Shown: positions 1-7,636 of the stretch, piece after piece
Layout of the letters: every line of letters begins with the position of its first letter
How positions within the stretch are numbered: the first letter of the stretch is position 1
Notes under the pieces: generated by a model
What the model was told of the DNA's origin: nothing
The model's database searches: none
The model's input: the letters and a program-made list of their open reading frames with translations, nothing else
Program-made: the position numbers and the translations under genes
Origin: Candidatus Velthaea sp.
Lineage (GTDB): Bacteria; Vulcanimicrobiota; Vulcanimicrobiia; Vulcanimicrobiales; Vulcanimicrobiaceae
DNA: 30,064 nucleotides
NCBI GenBank assembly: GCA_050012475.1
Contig: JBEKHC010000063.1
Location: 1 to 30,064 of the forward strand
Direction: 5' to 3'

Positions 1-138
1 GCCAGCCTGTGCCGATCGCTCGGCTCGGGCGGCGTCGAAGGCCTTTCGGTTCGTTCGCCAACGCTACGTTTCCGTACCGTCAGTTCGGAATCCAACGACT
101 GGACTCGCTCGTCGTTACGACATCACTGTCGTGCAGTT

Positions 139-167
139 AGTATCGCATCCCGTCGAACCGGCGGCAA
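139..167 (-). promoter_or_regulatory. Putative sigma70-type promoter reading leftwards out of the window
   Basis: Minus strand reads TTGCCG-N17-GATACT with a TG at the extended -10 position; the target gene is not identifiable in the window. Confidence 0.45.
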
Positions 168-183
168 GGTCGCGGCCGACGCA

Positions 184-231
184 TCCACCGCTTGTCCACA
201 ACTTCCTCTGCTTTTCCACCGCTTCCCCACC
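184..231. repeat. Phased ~10-11 bp CCAC-box repeats (DnaA-box-like or MraZ-box-like)
   Basis: TCCACCGCTT at 184-193 and 215-224, TCCACAACTT at 195-204, degenerate copies near 205 and 225; TTGTCCACA at 192-200 matches the high-GC DnaA box. Confidence 0.5.
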
Positions 232-306
232 AGATCGCGACGCTTTTTCGCCGTCCCGTCGCGAGCACGCCTAAGAAAACGGTATTCCTTTAACGATGAA
301 CCTAGC

Positions 307-1788
307 GTGTGGACCAGGCTCCGATCCATCGTTTTGATCGCTCTGGGCGTCGCGGCGATCGGCGCGACCCTTATCGCAGCGCCGCTGCGCCCGCGCGCGG
401 CCGCGTTGCCGCCGACGTTCGAATCGGCTGGCGACGCTGCCGCCGCGACCCTCAAACGGCGGTTCTATCACGCGCCCGGACGCTGGAACATGTGTGTCCC
501 CGATGGCTGCGGCACCGCGGTGCGCGATTGGGGTGCCGACTCCCTCGCCTACGCACTTTATTTGCGCTGGCGGCTCGCAGCCGATCCCGACGCGCCCGCG
601 ATCATGAACGCGCTCGCGCAATCGGCACCGACGTACGACTCCTGTCGACGCGGTGCGTGCACGATGTGGAGCGACGTTCCGATGTGGGACGCGATCGCGG
701 CGGCGCGCGCGTATGAAGTAACCGGGAATCCGTCCGCGCTGGCCAAGGCGCGGCGCGCCTTCGCCGTCGTCGACCGGTCCGACGCCTTTGCGCTGGGTGC
801 CTGTCCCGGAATCGACTATCAGAAACCGAGCGGTGGAAACACCGCGCTCAAAACGCTCGAGACCGACTCGAACTACATCAAAGCAGCACTGCTGCTGCAC
901 CATTTGACGCACGTTCCGGCATACTTGACGAAAGCGAAAACGAAATATGCCGCCGTGCGGCGCTTCTTCCTCGATCCGGGCGTGCCGCTGTACAGCGTTT
1001 ACGTGTTCGACGACGGCAGCGCGTGCCGCCAGTTACCCAAGCGTTTCTTCGCCTCCGTGAACGGCAACATGATCTGGAACGGACTGGCCTTGGCGGCGCA
1101 AACCGGCAGCGGTGCGTATTTTCGCGACGCCATCGGCACCGCGCGCGCCGTCGCGCGGTATTTGAGCGACCCCAGCGGCGTCTATGCGAACTTTCAAGCC
1201 GAGAACGATGTGGCCGAACCGTTGATCGAAGCGATGGCCGACCTGGCAACGGTCGAGCACCAGGCCTTCGCCCGCAGGTGGCTGCTGACTGCCGCCGCCG
1301 CCGCAAAACCGGCCGCGAGCGGTGCCTACGGACGGTTCTTCGATGGTCCGCCGCCGGACGGCCCGATCTCGGCTTGGGCGTCGAGCGGCGGCCTCGCACT
1401 CGCCATCGTCGCCGGAGCGCTGGAGCCCGGCGCAACGGCCCCGCCAACCCAAGCGTGGGCTGCCGGACATTTCGTCCGCGCGCCGATCGCCGCCGCCTCC
1501 GCATCGATCTCGTTCTCCGGACGCGCCATCGCCTTGATCGGCGCGATCGGCGACGTCTGCTGCGAAGCCGGTCACGCCCGCGTCTTCATCGACGGACGAG
1601 AAACCTTCGACCGAACCGGCATCTGGCAAAATAAGTCGTCGAGCGGACAGCGCTTGCCCAATTCCGTGCTGTTGAGTTGGCGCTGGCCGCGTTCGGGACG
1701 GCACACCATCGCTTTCAAGCCGGGAATCGCCAACGCCAAAGAAGGCGGCTCGTTCCTCCATCTGGCAGGCTACGAACTCGTCCCTTGA
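307..1788 (+). CDS. Secreted glycoside hydrolase family 76-like protein with a C-terminal beta-sandwich (CBM-like) domain
   Basis: 493-aa ORF, GTG start, signal peptide (RLRSIVLIALGVAAIGATLIAA); GH76-like segments WSDVPMW, CPGIDY, FASVNGNMI; C-terminal ISFSGRAIALIG...GHARVFIDG...HTIAF. Family call from pattern recognition only. Confidence 0.6.
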   Translation: MWTRLRSIVLIALGVAAIGATLIAAPLRPRAAALPPTFESAGDAAAATLKRRFYHAPGRWNMCVPDGCGTAVRDWGADSLAYALYLRWRLAADPDAPAIMNALAQSAPTYDSCRRGACTMWSDVPMWDAIAAARAYEVTGNPSALAKARRAFAVVDRSDAFALGACPGIDYQKPSGGNTALKTLETDSNYIKAALLLHHLTHVPAYLTKAKTKYAAVRRFFLDPGVPLYSVYVFDDGSACRQLPKRFFASVNGNMIWNGLALAAQTGSGAYFRDAIGTARAVARYLSDPSGVYANFQAENDVAEPLIEAMADLATVEHQAFARRWLLTAAAAAKPAASGAYGRFFDGPPPDGPISAWASSGGLALAIVAGALEPGATAPPTQAWAAGHFVRAPIAAASASISFSGRAIALIGAIGDVCCEAGHARVFIDGRETFDRTGIWQNKSSSGQRLPNSVLLSWRWPRSGRHTIAFKPGIANAKEGGSFLHLAGYELVP

Positions 1789-1912
1789 CCGTTGCGATCT
1801 CGGCCATTGCGATTTGGCCTGTTTTATGGTTGGGTTGATTCACGTTCACTGGTGATTGCCGGCGAACATCCGGTGACGTCTTCAGGGCGGAGCGTCACGA
1901 TGAGGCGAGCAA

Positions 1913-2812
1913 ATGTCGGCTAGGCATCCGGTGATTGCCATTACGGGTTCGTCGGGATCCGGAACGCCGACTGCCAAAGCGGCATTCGAAGAGGTCTTCC
2001 ACCGCGAAAACATTCGCGCGGCGTTCGTCGAGGGCGAGGCATTCCATCGGTATGACCGCACCGAGATGCGGCGGAGAATCGCGGAGGCGCACGCCACCGG
2101 GAACACGGCTTTCAGCCACTTCGGCCCGGAGGCAAACCTGTTCGAGGAGCTGGAATCGCTGTTTCGCGGTTACGGCGATACCGGCACGGGTTCCATTCGC
2201 AAGTATTTGCACGAGACGATAGAGGCCGAACGGTACGGGCAAGAGCCGGGCACGTTCACCCCTTGGGAAGCCGCCCCGACCGAAACCGACCTGCTGTTCT
2301 ATCGCGGATTGCACGGCGGCGTTGTCAGCGAGTCCATCGACGTTGCGCGGCACGTCGATCTCCTCATCGGCGTCGTGCCGGCGATCAATCTCGAGTGGAT
2401 CCAGAAACTGCACCGCGACAAGCGTTTCCGCGGTTATTCGCACGAAGCCGTGATCGACACGATCTTGCGCCGATTGCCGGATTACCTCAATTACATCTGT
2501 CCCCAATTCACTCGGACGCATGTCAACTTCCAACGCGTGCCGGTCGTCGACAGCTCCGATCCATTCATTGCCGAATCGGTCCCGACGTTCGACGAAAGCC
2601 TGCTGGTGATTGCCTTCAAGGATCCGACCGGGATCGACTTTCCCTACCTTCGCGCGATGCTGCACGACTCGTTCATGTCGCAGCCCAACACGCTCGTGTG
2701 CCCGGGCGGAAAGATGGGATTGGCGATGGAGCTGATCTTCACGCCGATGGTCTGGAAGTTGATGGAGGGCAAGCAGCGCGCTCGTGCGCACGAGACCGTC
2801 GGCGCGCTATAA
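1913..2812 (+). CDS. prk: Phosphoribulokinase homologue (proteobacterial type) with substituted active-site residues
   Basis: 299 aa, collinear with bacterial PRK: HPVIAITGSSGSGT, FSHFGPEANLF, GLHGG, NLEWIQKLHRD, TILRR, NFQRVP, GIDFPYL, PGGKMGLAMEL. Confidence 0.9.
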   Translation: MSARHPVIAITGSSGSGTPTAKAAFEEVFHRENIRAAFVEGEAFHRYDRTEMRRRIAEAHATGNTAFSHFGPEANLFEELESLFRGYGDTGTGSIRKYLHETIEAERYGQEPGTFTPWEAAPTETDLLFYRGLHGGVVSESIDVARHVDLLIGVVPAINLEWIQKLHRDKRFRGYSHEAVIDTILRRLPDYLNYICPQFTRTHVNFQRVPVVDSSDPFIAESVPTFDESLLVIAFKDPTGIDFPYLRAMLHDSFMSQPNTLVCPGGKMGLAMELIFTPMVWKLMEGKQRARAHETVGAL

Positions 2813-3325
2813 GTTGTTCCACTGCGTGAACGGCGGGGGTTTGGCGTAGGGCGGTCCGACGAGGATCGCGACATCGAGATGTTGGGCCAATTCGATGGTG
2901 CGCGGATCGCCCGAATAGCGGCGACCGTCGACGTACACGTCGACCCTCTCGCCGGCGAGCGTTTTCGCTCCCGCGACATCGTGAGCGCCCAGCGGCTGAC
3001 CCCAGATGTCGAAGAACTGTCCGAGCGTGAACGCGCGCGCCAGCGGGGACTCGATGTGGATGATGCCGTCGGGCGTATGCGTGTGCAGCCAATAAAAACA
3101 CTGACCGGCCAGCGGACGGCCGACGTCCTCGGGGATCCCCAGCGGCTTGCCGTGATCGAGGATGGTCAGGTGCGCGTGGATGTGGAACGCGACGCCTTCG
3201 GCCGGATCGCATTGCACGCCGTCGACCGTTGCGCCGGTCGGGACGGCCGCGTCCGATGGCCCCGCGACGCACACCATGAGCGCCGCGAGCATTGCCGCCG
3301 CGCCGCAACGGGTGAAGACACCCAC
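2807..3325 (-). CDS. Exported His-rich conserved hypothetical protein, probably metal-binding
   Basis: GTG at 3325, 2 bp after the permease stop; signal peptide; motifs FHIHAHL, CFYWLHTHTPDGIIHIESP, TLGQFFDIWGQPL; 172 aa; 6-bp convergent overlap with prk. Confidence 0.75.
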   Translation of the reverse strand: MGVFTRCGAAAMLAALMVCVAGPSDAAVPTGATVDGVQCDPAEGVAFHIHAHLTILDHGKPLGIPEDVGRPLAGQCFYWLHTHTPDGIIHIESPLARAFTLGQFFDIWGQPLGAHDVAGAKTLAGERVDVYVDGRRYSGDPRTIELAQHLDVAILVGPPYAKPPPFTQWNNL

Positions 3326-3327
3326 GT

Positions 3328-4152
3328 TTATTTGACCGCGCCGAGCGTCAACCCGCGAACCAGATAGCGCGACACCAGTACCGCGAACACGATCACCGGC
3401 AGCACGATGAGCGATCCCGCCGCCATGAGGTCGCCCCACGGGATCGCATACCCGCCCAAGAACGACAAGGCGGTGACCGGCGCGGTGCGCGTTTCATCGC
3501 TGGGTGTGAGGATCATCGCGTACAGCAATTCGTTCCACGAGAAAATCATCGAGAGGATCGCGGCCACCGCGATGCCCGGAACCGCCAACGGAACCATGAT
3601 GCGAAAGAAGATCGTCGCTTCACCCGCGCCATCGATCATCGCCGCTTCGTCGAGCGCCTTGGGAACGGAACTGAATTGATCGGCAGTCAGCCAGACCACC
3701 AGCGGGACCGCGAACGTTTGATACGCGAGCACGAGCATGACCGGCGAATTGATCAAGTGCAGAGTGCGCGCGATCAGAAAGTACGGGATGATCAGGATGA
3801 CCGGGATCATCATGTAGTTGCTGATGAACCAAAACCAGACGTCGCGCCGGCCTTTGAAGCGAAAGCGCCCGATCGCGTACCCGGCCGGCACGCCCAGGAC
3901 GATCGCCAGCGCCGTCGTGACTAGGCCAACACCCAGCGAGTGCAGCAGTGCCGACGCCATGCCGAGATCCGCCAGGACGTGCCGGTAATGTTCGAACGTC
4001 GGTTGGAACACCCACACCGGCGGGATGGCGAAAATCTGATTGTCGGTCTTGACCGACGCCGCCATCATCCAGTAGACCGGGAAAAGGGAGACGAAGATGA
4101 TGAGCACGCCGATGACCACGACGGGCACCGCGGCGATAGCGCGTGCCTTCAT
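3328..4152 (-). CDS. Carbohydrate ABC transporter permease (MalG-like)
   Basis: Start MKARAI at 4152 overlaps the upstream stop (ATGA); EAA loop LDEAAMIDGAG; FSWNELLYA; several TM helices; 274 aa. Confidence 0.93.
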   Translation of the reverse strand: MKARAIAAVPVVVIGVLIIFVSLFPVYWMMAASVKTDNQIFAIPPVWVFQPTFEHYRHVLADLGMASALLHSLGVGLVTTALAIVLGVPAGYAIGRFRFKGRRDVWFWFISNYMMIPVILIIPYFLIARTLHLINSPVMLVLAYQTFAVPLVVWLTADQFSSVPKALDEAAMIDGAGEATIFFRIMVPLAVPGIAVAAILSMIFSWNELLYAMILTPSDETRTAPVTALSFLGGYAIPWGDLMAAGSLIVLPVIVFAVLVSRYLVRGLTLGAVK

Positions 4153-5084
4153 GCTTCGGCCTCCCGGTAAAAATAGCGAATGTACAAGTTGGACAAGATG
4201 ATCGTGAGGATCAGCAAGATAACGGACTGCGCCGCAGCCGTGCCGATGTCGAAGGCCCGGAACGCATTGCGCTCGATGTAGATGCTGACCAGCTCGGTCG
4301 ACACGCCGGGACCGCCGCCGGTGAGCGTGTACACCATGTCGAACAACTTCACGATGTAGGCGGTCTGGAAGATCAATGCGGCCGTGATGCCGGGCAACAG
4401 ATACGGCAGCTGCACGTACTGCAAGCGTTTGAGCCAGCTGTCGGTCTCGAGCACCGTCGCCTCCTCGATTTCCGGCGGCACGGTCGACAGACTGGCCACG
4501 AGAATCAGCGTGACGAACGGCGTCCACTGCCAGATCTGAAGCGCCAACGTGGCCGCGAAGGCCATGAACGAATTCCCGAGCCAGTCGACGGGCGACACAC
4601 CCGCGACGCCGATGATGTAGTTGACCAGCCCGAACTGATTGTTGAAGACCAGCGTCCCGATCAGTCCGACGACGACCGGCGTCATCGCCATCGGGATGAC
4701 GAGGATCACGCGCACGACGCCGAGCAGTTTCGGAAACAGCGTGCCGTGCAAATACAGTGCGAGCAGCACGCCGATGCCCAGCTCGAGCGGCATTGAGATC
4801 GCCAGAAAAACCAGCGATCTCGCCACCGCGCCCGTGAACAGCGTGTTGAAAAACGCCAACAGGTAGTTTTGGCCGCCGTTGAACGGCGTGCCCGCGGCGA
4901 GCATCGCCAGATCTACCTTGTGGAACGAGGCCCACAGCGCATAGATCACGGGGTAGATGCCGACCGCGAGCAGCACGACGATGCCCGGCAAGAGGAACAG
5001 CCAGGGCGTGAGTGCCCGTCGCCGGTTCGGGTTGACGGCGGGCACGGTCAGCGGTGCTTGGACCGTTCGTTGTTCAGCGAGCAC
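4149..5084 (-). CDS. Carbohydrate ABC transporter permease (MalF-like)
   Basis: 311 aa; WQWTPF, EEATVLE (EAA loop), FDMVYTLTGGGPG; multiple TM helices. Confidence 0.93.
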   Translation of the reverse strand: MLAEQRTVQAPLTVPAVNPNRRRALTPWLFLLPGIVVLLAVGIYPVIYALWASFHKVDLAMLAAGTPFNGGQNYLLAFFNTLFTGAVARSLVFLAISMPLELGIGVLLALYLHGTLFPKLLGVVRVILVIPMAMTPVVVGLIGTLVFNNQFGLVNYIIGVAGVSPVDWLGNSFMAFAATLALQIWQWTPFVTLILVASLSTVPPEIEEATVLETDSWLKRLQYVQLPYLLPGITAALIFQTAYIVKLFDMVYTLTGGGPGVSTELVSIYIERNAFRAFDIGTAAAQSVILLILTIILSNLYIRYFYREAEA

Positions 5085-5102
5085 GTGTCTTCTCTGTTGA
5101 CC

Positions 5103-6464
5103 TTACTTGAGATATCCGCCCTGGGTGAGGATAGCTTTGATCTCGTCGTTGATCTTCTGCAATCCCGGCTGGATGCCGAGCGATCCCTGCTGGATCTGCG
5201 AACCGTAGTTTGCGACCACTTCCGACATCTGCGGGTACTGCGGGATCCGCGGCCGCCAATCCGGATTCGAGTGGCCCCACTGCGCGACCATCGGCTTGAG
5301 GTACGGATATTTGCTCATCATGGCCGGGGCGGTGTCCGCGCCCTTGCGCGCGACGACCGCGCCCTTGTTGATGAGTTCTGGCGCCACGGCCTTGGACGTG
5401 AGCCATTGAACGAACAGGTACGTCGCTTCTTGTTTGGCTTGCGGCGATTGCGCGCTCACCATGTAAGCGAAGCCGCCGAAGGCGGGATCGGCAGCCGCCG
5501 GGCCGGCGGGCTCGTTGGTGACCGCGAGACAGTCGCGAACTTTCGACGTCGCCGGGTCATTGAGGGTGGTGTAGAACGAGGACCACTCCGTGATCATGGC
5601 GACTTTGCCTTGCGCCATCAGCTGCACGACCTGGGCGTGGTCGTCGCTGACGATGCCCGGCGGCATGTACGGCGCCAGCTTCGCGCGGAATTCCATGCCC
5701 TTGACCGCACCCGCCGAAGCCAGCTGCGGCGCGTACGTTTTGGCATCGTACCAGCTGCCGCCGAAATCCCACAGGAAGCGGCTGAACGAGTCGGCCGTCT
5801 GCGTTTCACCGCGCAGCGATTGCAGCGCGTATGCATACGTGCCCGTGCTCTTGTTCGTCAGCTTCGGCGCATACTTGGTGAGCAGCTGATCCCAGGTGGT
5901 CGGCGGGCCGCTGAAGCCGGCCTTCTTCAGCATGCATTTGTTGTAATAGAGCAGGCCCGAATACGAGTCCCACGGCAGGCCGTACAAGGTGCCGTCCCAT
6001 TTGAACGCATCGAGCCACACCGGGAAGAAATCGTTGAGGTCAAGCGCCGGATCGGCGAGCTTGGGATTGCCAGTGAACGTCGTCAGCGGCACGACCCACT
6101 TCGAGTTGGCGAACGTGCCGGTCCAAATCAGGTCGGCGAGGATGCCGTCGTACTGATTGCTGTTTGAAACGAAGTTGAGCGTCTCGGCTTTGAGCGCGCT
6201 CTCGTACGGATAGGTCGTCGTCTTGACGGTGATGCCGGTTTCCTTTTCGAATTCCGGAATCAGTGCTTTCTCGGCAACGTAGCTGGGGCGGTCGAGGATG
6301 ACGACGTTGATCGTCGTGCCCTTGTAAGGCGCCGAGGCGTCCTTGAGGTTCCAGCCTGCGGCCGAGCTGGGTTGCGGTATCGTGGCCGACAGGCTAAGCG
6401 CCAAGGCACCGGCGACGACGGCCGCGACTAGCCGCGGCGGCTTGCCAAAATGAATGCCAATCAA
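5103..6464 (-). CDS. Sugar/polyol ABC transporter substrate-binding protein
   Basis: 453 aa; TTG start with GGAG RBS; signal peptide; FEKETGITV, GTLYGLPW, LYYNK, PPTTWDQL. Confidence 0.92.
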   Translation of the reverse strand: MIGIHFGKPPRLVAAVVAGALALSLSATIPQPSSAAGWNLKDASAPYKGTTINVVILDRPSYVAEKALIPEFEKETGITVKTTTYPYESALKAETLNFVSNSNQYDGILADLIWTGTFANSKWVVPLTTFTGNPKLADPALDLNDFFPVWLDAFKWDGTLYGLPWDSYSGLLYYNKCMLKKAGFSGPPTTWDQLLTKYAPKLTNKSTGTYAYALQSLRGETQTADSFSRFLWDFGGSWYDAKTYAPQLASAGAVKGMEFRAKLAPYMPPGIVSDDHAQVVQLMAQGKVAMITEWSSFYTTLNDPATSKVRDCLAVTNEPAGPAAADPAFGGFAYMVSAQSPQAKQEATYLFVQWLTSKAVAPELINKGAVVARKGADTAPAMMSKYPYLKPMVAQWGHSNPDWRPRIPQYPQMSEVVANYGSQIQQGSLGIQPGLQKINDEIKAILTQGGYLK

Positions 6465-6482
6465 AGCTCTTTCTCCCTCAGA

Positions 6483-6496
6483 GCGAAACGGTTTGC
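6483..6496. promoter_or_regulatory. Possible LacI-family operator upstream of the ABC operon
   Basis: GCGAAACGGTTTGC, an imperfect palindrome centred on CG just upstream of the binding-protein RBS; weaker related GCAAACGAGTTGC at 6516-6528. Confidence 0.35.
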
Positions 6497-6582
6497 CTCG
6501 TGGCGCCGAGCAGGCGCAAACGAGTTGCCTGGGAGCTTTACTTCAACCGACCGTGTGGTGCCTGTCGTTATCGGGAAATCCT

Positions 6583-7560
6583 TTACCCGTAGCGGTTGAC
6601 GATACGGCGGGCAATCTCACGCGCGCTCGCTCGCGCCGACTCGGGGGCGACTACTTCGGCCTCGGCACCCCAACCCAGCGACCAGCGCACGATCTCGAGC
6701 GGGTCGCTAACCCGGTACGTAATGTCGACACCCCCGTCGTCGCGGCGGGCAAGCCGCTTTTCCCGCGCAACGTTGGCGGCCGCCGCGGCTTTGGCGACCA
6801 CCGGCGAAAAGCGGACGGTTATGTCGGTGAGCGTGTCGCCGTGGAACACCCCGCTGACCGAGTTTGCGCCGTAGGCGTCGAGATTGAAATCGGCCGGTCG
6901 CTCGAACGTCTGCGGCGAAACATCCGGTTCGGCGATGTTGTCGACGGCGAAAACCCGCATGTCGTTGCGGGTGTGATCGAAGCCGACCAGATAGATGCGA
7001 CCGGACGAGACGATGAAGCCGTAGGGATCGACGCGCCGCACGGTGCGCGCGCCGCGCTTGTCGACGTAGGCGAACGTGACTCGCCGGCGCGTGCGCTCGG
7101 CGCGCTGCAGGGTCTCGAAAATGCGCTCGACATCGGGGGTCAGCGCGACGGCATCGAGCCGAATCGCGAACGAGGTTCCGTCGACGGCATTGGCCGCCCG
7201 GCGGTCGCTCGAAGCCAGCAGCTTGGTCGTGGTCTCATCAATGTAGCTGGCCAGCGTGCCGCCCAGCGACGAGCCCAGCCGCTTGAGCGTGACGAGGCCC
7301 AGCAACTCGCGCTGGGTGAGGTTGAGCCGGCGCAGACTGTAGCCGTCGGCGAAGCGGTACGTGCCGCTGCCGCGGTCGAAAAACCACGGAAAGCCGGCCT
7401 CCGACAAAAGGGCGAGATAGCGCCGCAGGCTGCGCGTTCCCGGCGGTTTGCCGTCGCCGATCCGGTCCTTGAGTTCCTCGAAGGAGAAGCGCCCTTCGTC
7501 GATGGCGTTCAGCAGCCGCACCAAGAGGACGACTTTGGGCTCCGACCGCTCCTCGTTCAT
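6583..7560 (-). CDS. WYL-domain helix-turn-helix transcriptional regulator (YafY/PafBC-like)
   Basis: 325 aa from MNEERS; wHTH (TRSLRRYLALLSEAGFP), WYL domain (RRVDPYGF...IYLVGFD..RNDMRVFAVDNI), WCX-type tail (WSLGWGAEAEVVAPESAR). Confidence 0.9.
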   Translation of the reverse strand: MNEERSEPKVVLLVRLLNAIDEGRFSFEELKDRIGDGKPPGTRSLRRYLALLSEAGFPWFFDRGSGTYRFADGYSLRRLNLTQRELLGLVTLKRLGSSLGGTLASYIDETTTKLLASSDRRAANAVDGTSFAIRLDAVALTPDVERIFETLQRAERTRRRVTFAYVDKRGARTVRRVDPYGFIVSSGRIYLVGFDHTRNDMRVFAVDNIAEPDVSPQTFERPADFNLDAYGANSVSGVFHGDTLTDITVRFSPVVAKAAAAANVAREKRLARRDDGGVDITYRVSDPLEIVRWSLGWGAEAEVVAPESARASAREIARRIVNRYG

Positions 7561-7636
7561 CGCAATCCATCTTCGGCGCGTCGCGACCCCGCCATTTGCG
7601 AAGCAACGCGGCTGGGTACACGGCGTCTGAGTTTCT

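Noticed and set aside
4153..4935. N-terminal 261-aa extension of the 535-aa ORF 3328..4935
   Set aside because: Out-of-frame shadow of the upstream permease; the real start is the ATG at 4152 overlapping its stop.
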